Of a DNA stretch of 62,141 bases, positions 36,601 through 47,254 are shown in pieces; position 1 is the stretch's first letter, and each line of letters begins with the position of its first letter. The stretch lies in assembly GCA_000708835.1 (NCBI GenBank), contig DF237484.1, positions 1 to 62,141 on the forward strand, given 5' to 3'. Position numbers and translations under genes: made by a program. Origin of the DNA: Klebsormidium nitens. Its lineage: Eukaryota; Plantae; Klebsormidiophyceae. Below the pieces are notes generated by a model that was given only the letters and a program-made list of their open reading frames with translations, had not been told where the DNA came from and did not search any database.

Positions 36601-39600
36601 GCCCCTGGCGGCCAACGGCACTTCTCATGCTGGGGGCGTTGTGGCGACTGTTGGGGGACCTTCTGGAGAGGCCAGCTTACCGGATGTGGCCCACAGAGCC
36701 CTGGCTGTTCCTGGCCACCTGGCGCCTCTGGTGCACAAGAAGAATGAGCAGCTCCGCGAGGAGAGGAGGATCGCGGAAGAGACGGCCGCCAAAGAGGTGA
36801 GCAGCGGCGTCGACACTGTATCTTGGTACCAGGGGTGGCGGCCGCTACAAGAGTGCACACAGGCTGCAGCCGTGGACGGGGCTTCCCTGCATGCGAGCAG
36901 GGATTCGAGCAGCTTGCGCACTGTGACACACTGCGATATGGGGTCGGAATTCCTTCTGTATGTTGTTCCGACACTCTCCTGATCGTGCTATTCATATGTA
37001 GTGAGGTCTCTCTCCTGGTTTGCCTTCTTGCAGGCTGCAGAAGCGGAGGCCGCTCGGGCGGCCAACCAGGTGCGCTTGTTTGTGCATGTGCCGGATGACG
37101 GGTATGTGCGCAGCGGGTACCTGTACAGCCGGCACGAGGACCTGTCGGACGTGGGCCGCTTTCTGGTGCTGGAGCGCAGCAGCACCGTGGGCCAGCTCAG
37201 CGTCATGGTGCGCAACTGGTGCTCCCTGCCCGCACCCGAACTGGCGCTCTACATCGTGTCGCCCAAGATCGATACGCAGGAGTTCGACGAGCCGGCCGAC
37301 GAGCAGGTGCCGGCAGCGGCGGGGTTCGGGGGCCTGGTGGACTGGCGGGAGGAGAGGGGCGGGCCCGGGAAGGAGGCGGAGTCGGTGACGGAGGACATTG
37401 TGTTGGACGAGGACGGGGAGGGCGTGGACAAGCAGGCCAACGGCGCCGCGGACGGGGGGACGCTGGAAGAGGACATGGGAGTGGATGGTGCAACCCCGGA
37501 GGTGAGCATCGTAGCCAAGGGGGAGAGTGAGCCCCTGGCAGGCACGCCCATACGAGATGGTGAGGGGCTCAACGGTCGCGGGCTGGAGGGGGCGCAGGGG
37601 GCGTACCCGCCACAGCGCAGGCTGACTGACGTGTTTGAGGGAGTGGCGCAGAATGGGGACGAGCGAGCGGGGGCGAGAGACGGCGCGAGGGGCGTGGACC
37701 GGGTGGGCACGTCCAGCAGCGGGTCGAGCGCGGACAGCCGCTCCCGGGGCGTCAAGCGCGCCGCGGAAGGGGGCGAGCTGCAGAGCCGGGGCAAGTTCCA
37801 GCCGGAGATCATCCGCGGGCCGCAGCTGCTGGAGTTTCGTGAGCCGACGGAGCCCCAGACCAGCTCCGAGAGCGAGAGGCGGTCCGCGGGGGCCGGGGAG
37901 GGGCCCGCCGCAGCCGAGGGCAGCGGGGTCAGCCTGTCGGGCAGCGGAGGAGCAGGCCTGGCAGAGGGGCTGAGCGGAGTGAACCTGGCCAGGCAGGCGG
38001 ACGGGGACGGAGGCAGCATGCAGGTGAGCCGCGAAAGCAAAGGGAGGGACTGAGATGCAGGAGGGCACGTTGAGTTGCACGTTGGTTCTCAGTCAGTGTT
38101 CTTTGCGGTTTATTATTCGTCAAGCAGACCGACGGATTGCCGACTTGCGTCACCGAATTCTTGCTTCCGTCATGAAAGGCGACAGGCCGTACCTCCTCTT
38201 TGACCGTCGTACTGAAGTCGCAGAGCCCGGTGTTGTTGTCAGGAGGCACCCTGCTTGTTGGTGGAGCAGCCACGCACGAAGAAGGTGCGGCGCACGATCT
38301 ACGAGATCCAGGGGAGGCTTACCATGCGAGACTCTGCACAGAAGCTGGGGGAGCAGATCCAGAACGGCGGGGGCGTGCTGGCCTGGAGTAATGTGAACCT
38401 GCCCCCTCATGGTGAGGGGACGCCCCCTCTCCTGAGCACGACGAAGTAGCAACGTGCTCGAAGCGCCCCAACAAAGCTATCGACAATACTTTGCTAGGGT
38501 TCCTTTGCAAGTGGAAACAGCGAAAGGGCACGCGCTCAGGAGGAGAAGGAGGTAGACCCCGGGTGAGGCTTCTTCGTCAAGCCGGTCGTTTGTGATGACC
38601 GCTCTGTTACCCTGCGCAGGCCTAGACTTTCTGGAGGCCGAAGACACGACTCCCATGGAGGACGGTGGCGGTGAGGCAGCTGCACTCATCTCGTCGTCGT
38701 GCTTCGCAGTCCACCAAGAGCTCAGGAACCGCATGCTGCCCGAGTAGCGAGAGCCATGGATCCGGCTGGCTGCCGGGCATGAGCCCGCTGCAGCCCCAGC
38801 ACGCGGGCATCAATGGAGCCGCATGGTCATGACCAGCTTTGCTGCAAGGCTGCCCACTTTCTTGCTCTAGCACGCCTGGCGTGTTGCCTGCCCTTCTCCA
38901 TGACTCTCAGGCCGCTGTCCTCTCGTCTCCGGTCCAGGTGTGGGCCAGGGGTGGACCTCCTCCGTGGACAACGGGTGGGACGTGCAGCCCTCCGGGTGGG
39001 GCAGCCCGCCGCGCAGCACGCCGCTCTTCACCGTCAAGGTCTACATCCATCTGGACCCCGAGTGAGCGCCGCCACTCGCGGGGCACCCCTTGAGGCAGCC
39101 CTGTCCTGAGACAAGACTGCTGCTCAGCGAAGCTCCTAAAAGACAAGCGCTCGAGGTACTCGTCGGCCGAGCTCGCTCTTGCGTGCGGATTGGAGACACT
39201 TGCATCTTCTGGAACTCTTTTTGACGGTGCGTGGCTCGGTTGGATGCAGTGCAAGCGTGTGCCTGGAGTCGTTCCCGGTGGAGGCGAACACCAGTGTGTG
39301 GATGCTCAAGAGCGAGGCGCTGAAGCGGTACCGCGCGCATGCACACGAGGCGCTCGGCGAGGACGACGTCGTGCTCTGCTGCCAGGCCGCCGCAGGGGGC
39401 CCCGGGGAGACCTTCGACGACAGTGCACTGGTGGTGCAGGCCGGCATCACCGACCAGCAGGTGCGCAACGCCGCTGTGCCGCTTCCTTGACGGCGCGCCC
39501 AGTCTCCTGTCCAGGCCTGCCAGATGCTCGGACGAGAACATGTGCGTGCTTTGTAGTCTTGTTGCGGCGGTGTGTGACGGCGTGCGTGGTGTTCCCGCAG

Positions 39601-42600
39601 GAGGTGTGGGTGCAGCGGCGCTCTGCGGCCCCCTCGTCGTCGTCGGTGCTGCGGCTGAGCATGACCGTGTACGGCAAGGACGGCATGGCGGCTGCGCAGC
39701 TGCCCATCGAGATGCCGCGCGCTGCGCTGCTCGTGGAGCTGGTGGTGAACGCTAGCGAGAGGGGGGCCGCCGCCATCCGCGACCACGCCGCAGCCATCGG
39801 GGCGGAGGCCCCGCAGGAGCCGCAGCTGGTGGTGTGGCGGGACCAGGCGTTCGGGGGCAAGAAGGCGCTCAACGTGGACCAGGACGCGCTGCGCACGCTG
39901 GAGGCCCTCGGCTTCGAGGATGGTGAGCACGCAGCGCCCACATGGGCCGACACGCAAGGCTGGCCACTCAGCACGCGGTGCTTCCTTCGTGCGCCATCTG
40001 CGTGCCACGTGGCAAGAAGCGTCTTCATGTACGACATGCTGACGCCCTTGGGAGGCCCCGCCTGTTGCCCTCTGCTGCTCCCTTGTTCGTGCGCATGAGC
40101 TTGTAGCCTGTCCTGTGGTGCAGGTGACCAGCTGCTGGTGGAAGATCAGGACGCAGTGTCCCCCGAAACAGTGACGGTGCGCGTGCAGCGGTACGTGCTG
40201 CCGCACGATCGTGACGCCGACGAGCCGTGCGCCAAGTTCCTGGCAGCCACCATGGCCGCCACCAGCAACCTGCACGGGCCACCCGAGGCACCGCCCGCGG
40301 CCGGGGACGCTGCGCACGACCAGCAGGTGGGGCCACCTGCACGAGCATGATCGGATGAGGGCTGCGCTGCAGAGACCCTGCTGGCAAGCTCTGGCTGCGT
40401 GGAAGCAGGCCCTCCCGTGACGTGCCACTCGACACCATCACATTGCCGTTGTTCGCCTCTAACGGTGCTGTCTCCTGCTGTTCAGGCGATTGCTGCTCAG
40501 GCTAACAGCCTGGCCGCAATTTTCACTGCTGAGCTGGCGAAACGGAAGTCTGCCGGGGCAAAAGCAGCCCGCGGTGGGGTTCNNNNNNNNNNNNNNNNNN
40601 NNNNNNNNNNNNNNNNNNNNNNNNNNNNNNNNNNNNNNNNNNNNNNNNNNNNNNNNNNNNNNNNNNNNNNNNNNNNNNNNNNNNNNNNNNNNNNNNNNNN
40701 NNNNNNNNNNNNNNNNNNNNNNNNNNNNNNNNNNNNNNNNNNNNNNNNNGCTGAGCTGGCGAACGGAGCTGCCGGGCAAAAGCAGGCCCGCGGNGGGTTC
40801 CGCAGCGCGGGCGGGCGTGCCCCCNCCGCGCCTCGGGGCGGGGCTGGGCCGAGGCCTCGGGGCGGGGCTGAGCCGCTCTCGGGCCCGGCTCAAGGAGCTG
40901 GCACCCGGGGTCCACGCGGCTGCGCCCCCGGGCAGGACTGCACCGCAGGCTGGCGGCGAGCAGGACGGGGGAGGCCGAGGGCCGGCCCCGCTGCAGAGCC
41001 CCTACTCGGCCGTGGCCTCGACAGACGTGGACGGCTCGCCCCCGTCGCGGTTGCCCAAGCGGTTGCAGCGGACGGGGTCGTCTACGGCGGAGCGGGAGCA
41101 GGACGCAGCGGCCCTGCGAGCCGACGCCGGGGGTGCCGCGGCCAGGAGCGCGGTGTCGTCTCCGATGCGCTTCCAGCAGGCGGGGGTGCCGGAGTGGTGC
41201 TTCTGGCCCGTGGACGAGGTGGTGCTGCCCAAGAGTGCCACGCTGGCCGACCTCAAGCGCAGGATCCTGGCCCTGCCGGCCTTCAAGCGCGCCAGGGGGG
41301 CGGGGGCGCTGCCGGCCCTGACCGGGCTGCGCGTGCGCGAGGTGCGCGGGGCGCCCGAGGCGCCGCAGTTGGGCAGAGAGTACCGCGACCTGGACACCGA
41401 CCTCGCGCAGATGGGCGTCGCGGAGGGGCAGCACCTCGCAGCGCGGTGAGTGGCAGGCGCAAGGCGAGGAGGCACGGCCAGCAGGGCAGCGGGCATGGGC
41501 TGCAGATCGAATTGCGCCACCCTGGGCAATGACTGCGCAACCAGACGTGGCATCAAGGCGTGTCGTCTGATGGTGCTCGAAGGCTCGTGGCATTCAAGAA
41601 ACGGTCATCCTGACGGGTATGAATGCAGCATCATCCCCATAATCTGATTGTGTCCAACGTGACGTCGCTTCTTGCCTGTCCAGTGTCTGGCTGCCCCGTC
41701 ATGATAGTGCTCGCTTCGCATGCGCAGGATCCTGCCTCCCAACGAGGAGGCCCCGCTGTCGGACTGCGACAGCCTGCCGGAGCTTGTGGACTACACAGAG
41801 GACGACGGCAGCGGAGGAAGCGGCGCCGCCACTCACGCACACCAGGCCCCCGAAACGGCAATGGCCGAGGCGTCGGCCGACCTCGACCTCGGAGAGGCGG
41901 CTGCTGGCTTTGGAGCGGGGGGTGCGGGGCTGGAGCTGCCCACGTCGAGCGGGTCGGGTACGAGCGGGGGGGCACGCGGGCGGGCCGGGCCGCGGCTGGA
42001 GCGGGGCAGCACGAGCATGGAGGTGGCGGTGGGGGACGNNNNNNNNNNNNNNNNNNNNNNNNNNNNNNNNNNNNNNNNNNNNNNNNNNNNNNNNNNNNNN
42101 NNNNNNNNNNNNNNNNNNNNNNNNNNNNNNNNNNNNNNNNNNNNNNNNNNNNNNNNNNNNNNNNNNNNNNNNNNNNNNNNNNNNNNNNNNNNNNNNNNNN
42201 NNNNNNNNNNNNNNNNNNNNNNNNNNNNNNNNNNNNNNNNNNNNNNNNNNNNNNNNNNNNNNNNNNNNNNNNNNNNNNNNNNNNNNNNNNNNNNNNNNNN
42301 NNNNNNNNNNNNNNNNNNNNNNNNNNNNNNNNNNNNNNNNNNNNNNNNNNNNNNNNNNNNNNNNNNNNNNNNNNNNNNNNNNNNNNNNNNNNNNNNNNNN
42401 NNNNNNNNNNNNNNNNNNNNNNNNNNNNNNNNNNNNNNNNNNNNNNNNNNNNNNNNNNNNNNNNNNNNNNNNNNNNNNNNNNNNNNNNNNNNNNNNNNNN
42501 NNNNNNNNNNNNNNNNNNNNNNNNNNNNNNNNNNNNNNNNNNNNNNNNNNNNNNNNNNNNNNNNNNNNNNNNNNNNNNNNNNNNNNNNNNNNNNNNNNNN

Positions 42601-43546
42601 NNNNNNNNNNNNNNNNNNNNNNNNNNNNNNNNNNNNNNNNNNNNNNNNNNNNNNCTTCTCCCCCACCTCTCCGAACGGCCTCGCCTCCCCGCCCCTTGTG
42701 AAGCGCCAGTTTGTGTTCACGTCCCCGGAGGAGGTTGCGCTGGACACGGGGCGGGCCGTGCTGACAGCGGCGGAGCTGAAGGCCGTGCTGGCGGCGCATT
42801 TCGGCATTTCGGCGGGGGCGCTGCGGGTCATCAAGGTGGACGCCGCCAAGCTCAAGGTGCTGCCCGAGGACGACACCCCAGGTACGGCCACTGCACCGCT
42901 GCGGGCTGAGAGAGCATGCTGACGGAGTGTGCGATGAGAGCCGAGGGGAAGAGACGCCTCGACTTTTGAAAAGTAGAGGCTCGGTTTTCAAAGACGCGCA
43001 CTGTTGGGCTTGCATCATACGATAGCTGAGACTCTGCTCATCGTGTCCCGCTCTGGAGGCTGCGTTGCTTGGGTCCAGGTGCCCGCCGCTGCCGTGCCTG
43101 GCTAACCGGAGTGCGCCCGTGCTGCAGGGACCAAGGCCGGTCAGGGTGCGCATGACCGCCTCAATGGCGACGCCGCCCCATCTCTGGACGGAGGCCCGGG
43201 GCTGGGCAAGACGGGCAAGGGGAAAGGCGCGACGGGCAAGCCGGGCTTCCGGCCGAGCAATGCGAGCCTGGGTGCATCGGTGAACCTCAAGGGACGGCCT
43301 TTTCAACTGAGAGACGGAGACACGATTGTGGTAATGGACGCGGCAGAGGACCCGGAGCAGGAGGACCCCTGGTGTGCGGACTCGCTAGGGCCCGGCGTGG
43401 GGAGCCGGGTCAAGCTGGGGCCGGCACCGCTGAACACGACGTGGGAAGGCAGCGGCTATCACAAGGGGCCGTCCATCGGGCCTACCGAAAAGAAACAGCG
43501 AAGACCAGAAGCAACCCTTCGGATTCGCATGGACGAGTACGACTGA
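33687..43546 (+). CDS. USP40: ubiquitin-specific protease, USP40-like, with UBA insert and C-terminal ubiquitin-like repeats; interrupted by two assembly gaps
   Basis: Cys box GLQNQGMTCYLNSLLQ; STEDLTRVFGW...QHDVHELNRILF...LYHGTLVNQ; CLRC and CERC zinc pairs; His box VIHSGSAHSGHYHAYIRD; WYDFNDS. N-terminus (GNIFEE) and C-terminus (PEATLRIRM) resemble animal USP40 as I recall it. Confidence 0.88.
40583..40749. other. assembly gap (N run) with duplicated flanks
   Basis: 40528-40582 and about 40750-40801 are near-identical copies (gctgagctggcgaa...gccgggcaaaagcag...cgcgg...ggttc) differing by small indels. Confidence 0.9.
42039..42654. other. assembly gap (616 N) inside the USP gene
   Basis: N run flanked on both sides by GC-rich coding sequence. 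Confidence 0.98.
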
Positions 43547-44678
43547 ACGAGTACGAGTCTGGTCGAGGTTCTCGGCACGTCGAATTGACAGAGTTCTTGT
43601 GAATTCCTTATGTCGATGGTACCACCCTCACCTTACAAATCTGCCACCGTGACGAAACTGCTTATGCGACTCCCGGCTCAGGTGTCAGCCTGGGATGGAA
43701 ACCTTGAGGTGCATGCAGTGTTCTGCTTAATTGCAATGTCATCCGACCTTGGTACGAGACAAGCCTGCTACATGTCGACTAGCGCCATTGCGCGTCTGAT
43801 TATGTGCGTAGGTTATTTGCCGAACTGACACCGCGGCCTGCAGTGCAATAGCTGGTTGTCCAAAGCTGCAATACATGTGTGCATGCGGTGCCAGACATAC
43901 CGCGGATCCCCATATGCATGCCAGGGCAATCCTGAAAACGTACACAGTATAGACATCCTTGTGATTTAATGCATGAATGTGGCAAGACCAAAGCCATGGC
44001 GGCATGCCCGCTTGCAAAAATCGAAGCTCAATGAGATGTATGTTGCCCTCATTAAAATGTCCTCGATCTCTGAGTCCTACATACATCACATCAAGACGAC
44101 AGCTCCGCGGAATCCATGCCCGTATCGGTTGAAACGAGAAAATGCAGCTGCCCGCATGCCATTCCAACACGTTCGGAGCTCCTTCATGAGCACATAAGTC
44201 CAACTGATCGATGCTCTTGACCTGCGTCGAGGTGACCGTGCTCTTAACAGTGTTACCTCAGTGCCTGCAAATCAAAGGAACCAATTAGCCAACAAAGGGA
44301 CATCCGGAACTGCATGCAGACTCCTATGCAAGCATCTCTAGCTTTCAAAACGTGAGATCGAACATGGTGAGAAGACAAACGTGAACCCTTAGCCTAGGCC
44401 GCAAGTCCTGTAGATTCAGGGAGTCAATAAGCTGGCCTGTAAGCCATGATGCAAGAGGTGTGCACTTGCTGGCGCTTAAGACCAGATCCGCACTCTGAAG
44501 ACTCTGAGATCTTCTTACTTTGTCCTGAGGGCAGGAAACAGAGCAAGAGGTGACCCTAACCGAATATAGGGACCAGCCTCACCTTAACAGGGACACAAGC
44601 GTTGGTTGACCAGCCCTGTGCAACTGTGCTGTGTCGCATTCGCATGAGCGTTTTGCGGTCCGCGGCCCATCTGCATGA

Positions 44679-46560
44679 CTACATGGTCATGTCCGCAGAC
44701 TCGGCGCGCAGCTTCTCTTTAAACACGAGATCTTTTTTGATGTGGCGCAGGTACGCCCCAAACATGTCCTCCGGCATGCTCACGTTCTGCTGGTGGTAGA
44801 TGCGCATCGCCGCAACAGTGTGCTGCTCGCGCCACACGCTGCACACGGAAGGGGTGCGCATCTCAGCTGCAGCAGACGCAAGGCAGTTCGCATATGGAGT
44901 CTCTGCAGCCTGTAACGGACGTCACACACCCTCAGACCGCCAAAATTTTGCCGGCCTACCCTCGGGTAGCCCTATCCTCGTGCACGTGTCTGGAGCCCCT
45001 CCGAGCCTGCCTGCGCGGCTGCTCGCTAGTGGGCCTGCCTGCTCCGGGGTGCGCTCACCTGTCGGGGTCCATGAGGACGGGGTCGGTGAGCGGGTACGCA
45101 TCCACGAGCGAAGTGTCCTGCAGCGGGACGTGCCACTCCAGGTACTTGGCCCCCTGCAGGTCTGCCAGGTTGCGGTACTCGCGCCCCACCAGCCGCCCCT
45201 TGCCCCATTCCCCGTACGGCAGAATCTGCATCACCACCGCCCCCGGCCGCAGGAGGGCCAGGTTGGCCAGCCCCGCCCCGTGCACCGCCACCAGCACGTC
45301 CAGCTGTCGCAGCGCGCGCACCGCCTCCTGCGGCCGCAGCTCCTCCAGGACCAGGGCCACCGCACGGTACCCAGCCGCCTCCGCAGACGCGAGCATCGCC
45401 TCAAAGTTGGCCAGCACGCGGGTGCCGCGCCGCTGCACAATGCCCACCACGGGGGTGCTGCCCTCCGCGACCTGCACCCGCGCAGGGGAGGGCACCTCCG
45501 CGCGCAGCCCCGCGGCAACAAAGGGGCCAAAGTCACTGAGGCGCGCCCCCGCCAGGCTCTCGCTGCGGGTCTCCAGGCCGCCGAACTCGTCGTACATGCA
45601 CAGGTGGTGTCGCAGCCCGATCGTGACGCGCTCAAAGCACTGCACGCCCTGCGCCTCGCCCTGCGTGTCATTGCGCTGCCCGAGGAGGCGGATGCGGTGC
45701 TTGGTCATGGCCCCCACCAGCGTGTCCGCCGCGGGCGCCCCCCGCCACCACCATGGCCCCTTGAGGTCGGCCACAAAGAGCACCACGTCGCGCGCAAGCT
45801 GGCGGACCGTCTGGAACAGGGGCAGGAAGACCTCGTTGAAGTCATGAAATGCACCCCCGCAGTAGCCGCCAGCAGAGAACACGGCAGCAGGCGCGCGGTG
45901 ATGGGAAGTGCACTCCCAGTGAGGGAATTCCTGGCTTGCCGCAGCATCCATGGCGCGGATCCTCAGCTCTGTCACATCTCTCATTGCATTGTAGTCCCAC
46001 TTGCGAGGATGAGGGCGGACCGAGAGCGGCCCGCGGAGTATGGCGGGATCTCTTGCAAACAGCACAATCTCTCCCGTCTCCACATTGATTCTTACGTCGC
46101 CCTGCAGTGTGCAGACATCGGTCAGAGGGGAGTGCCTGTCACATTCAAAAGCCTCTTTATGTGTCTGCCGCTCCGCCATGGACAATTCCTGCACCTCTTC
46201 CTGCACAAGCCGCGGCACCTGCTGCTCCCCCAGCATCTTCTGGTTCGAAGCCTTCTTGGCCCGCTTCTCCTCCTTGCCTACCTCACCCTCGCTCCTCGCA
46301 CCCTCCGGACTCTGTTCGCCCACCAATTTCCTAGACCCTGCTCGGAGCGGGTTGCCCCCCAGTTGCACCTGTGGCCCTGTCATTTCCAGACGCTCGCGCC
46401 CTGCATATGCTGTCCATACCAGCAGACAAATGAGTGCGCACGCACAGGCTACAACAGCATACCTGCTTGCGGTCCCCATTCCGCCAACCTTGGCAGCCCT
46501 CAGCTTGCGGTATTGAGCATAGCGGTGATCCAGCAGGCCATACCAGGCACTGGAGGTCAT
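44679..46560 (-). CDS. glycosyltransferase family 61 (DUF563), type II membrane protein, two exons
   Basis: Transmembrane YAVVACACALICLLVWTAY; CDRHSPLTDVCTLQGDVRI; VRPHPRKWDYNAMRDVTE; AVFSAGGYCGGAFHDFNEVFLPLF; LVAVHGAGLANLALLRPGAVVMQILPYG. Intron 45058-44839; last exon IYHQQNV. The start could be 46560 or 46479. Confidence 0.9.
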
Positions 46561-47254
46561 GCCGGCACAGGATTGGAGGATTGCACTCTCGCTTGCACGG
46601 GCAGAGCTGTCGCCTCTTCGAAAAGACGACTGCTTCACGGCTCTGCTCTGCTCGCGCTGTCCTGTTGATTTCAAATACCGTAGTGCCTTCCTCAGTTCCT
46701 GCCCCAGGCTCCTGCCTCCAGCCTTGCAACTTCCCTAGATCTGGAGTCTGGGAATTGAAGCAGATCGTAACCCGCTGTTTAAACCCTGATCAGTTATACC
46801 TACAATATTGTCAGCTCGAAACAAACGGCACCGTGTCTCCTGGTTTGACGATCTTGAAGCCCGGACGACGTGTGTACCGGTACCCAAACGTCGGATCACG
46901 TCACGGGAGGCGTCATTGCGGATGCCCATGAACCTCTACGGTACCGGTCAGCTAACCCCTGTGTGAACTCCGCATTGACGGCAACTCCAACGTACAATCA
47001 GCTTTCAATTGGAGATCCACACAATGCAGCTTGTTCATCTTTCAGCTGGTTTTGTTGGCTTCCTCCTTCCCTTTCCACTTGGCACTTCAAGGTTCTGGGT
47101 CGAGCTACAGCTTCCCTCACTGCCATGTGCATTGCGGAGCGGCAGCTGCTGAAGTGCATGTGGTGCGCTGTGAGAATACAGCAGGAGTTGCCGTCCTCGC
47201 TTGGGTTGAAATGAGCTGAGGAGGGCTGCCCCGCTTGCCTTGTTCCTGACGGTC

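Noticed and set aside
40399-43306. Long X-containing ORFs
   Set aside because: Artefacts of translating through N gaps.
44800-46668. 622-aa plus-strand ORF, and similar long ORFs such as 51743-53224, 52083-53135, 39136-40428 and 36992-38080
   Set aside because: Antisense or alternate-frame shadows of GC-rich exons, with Arg/Pro/Gly-rich composition and no domains.
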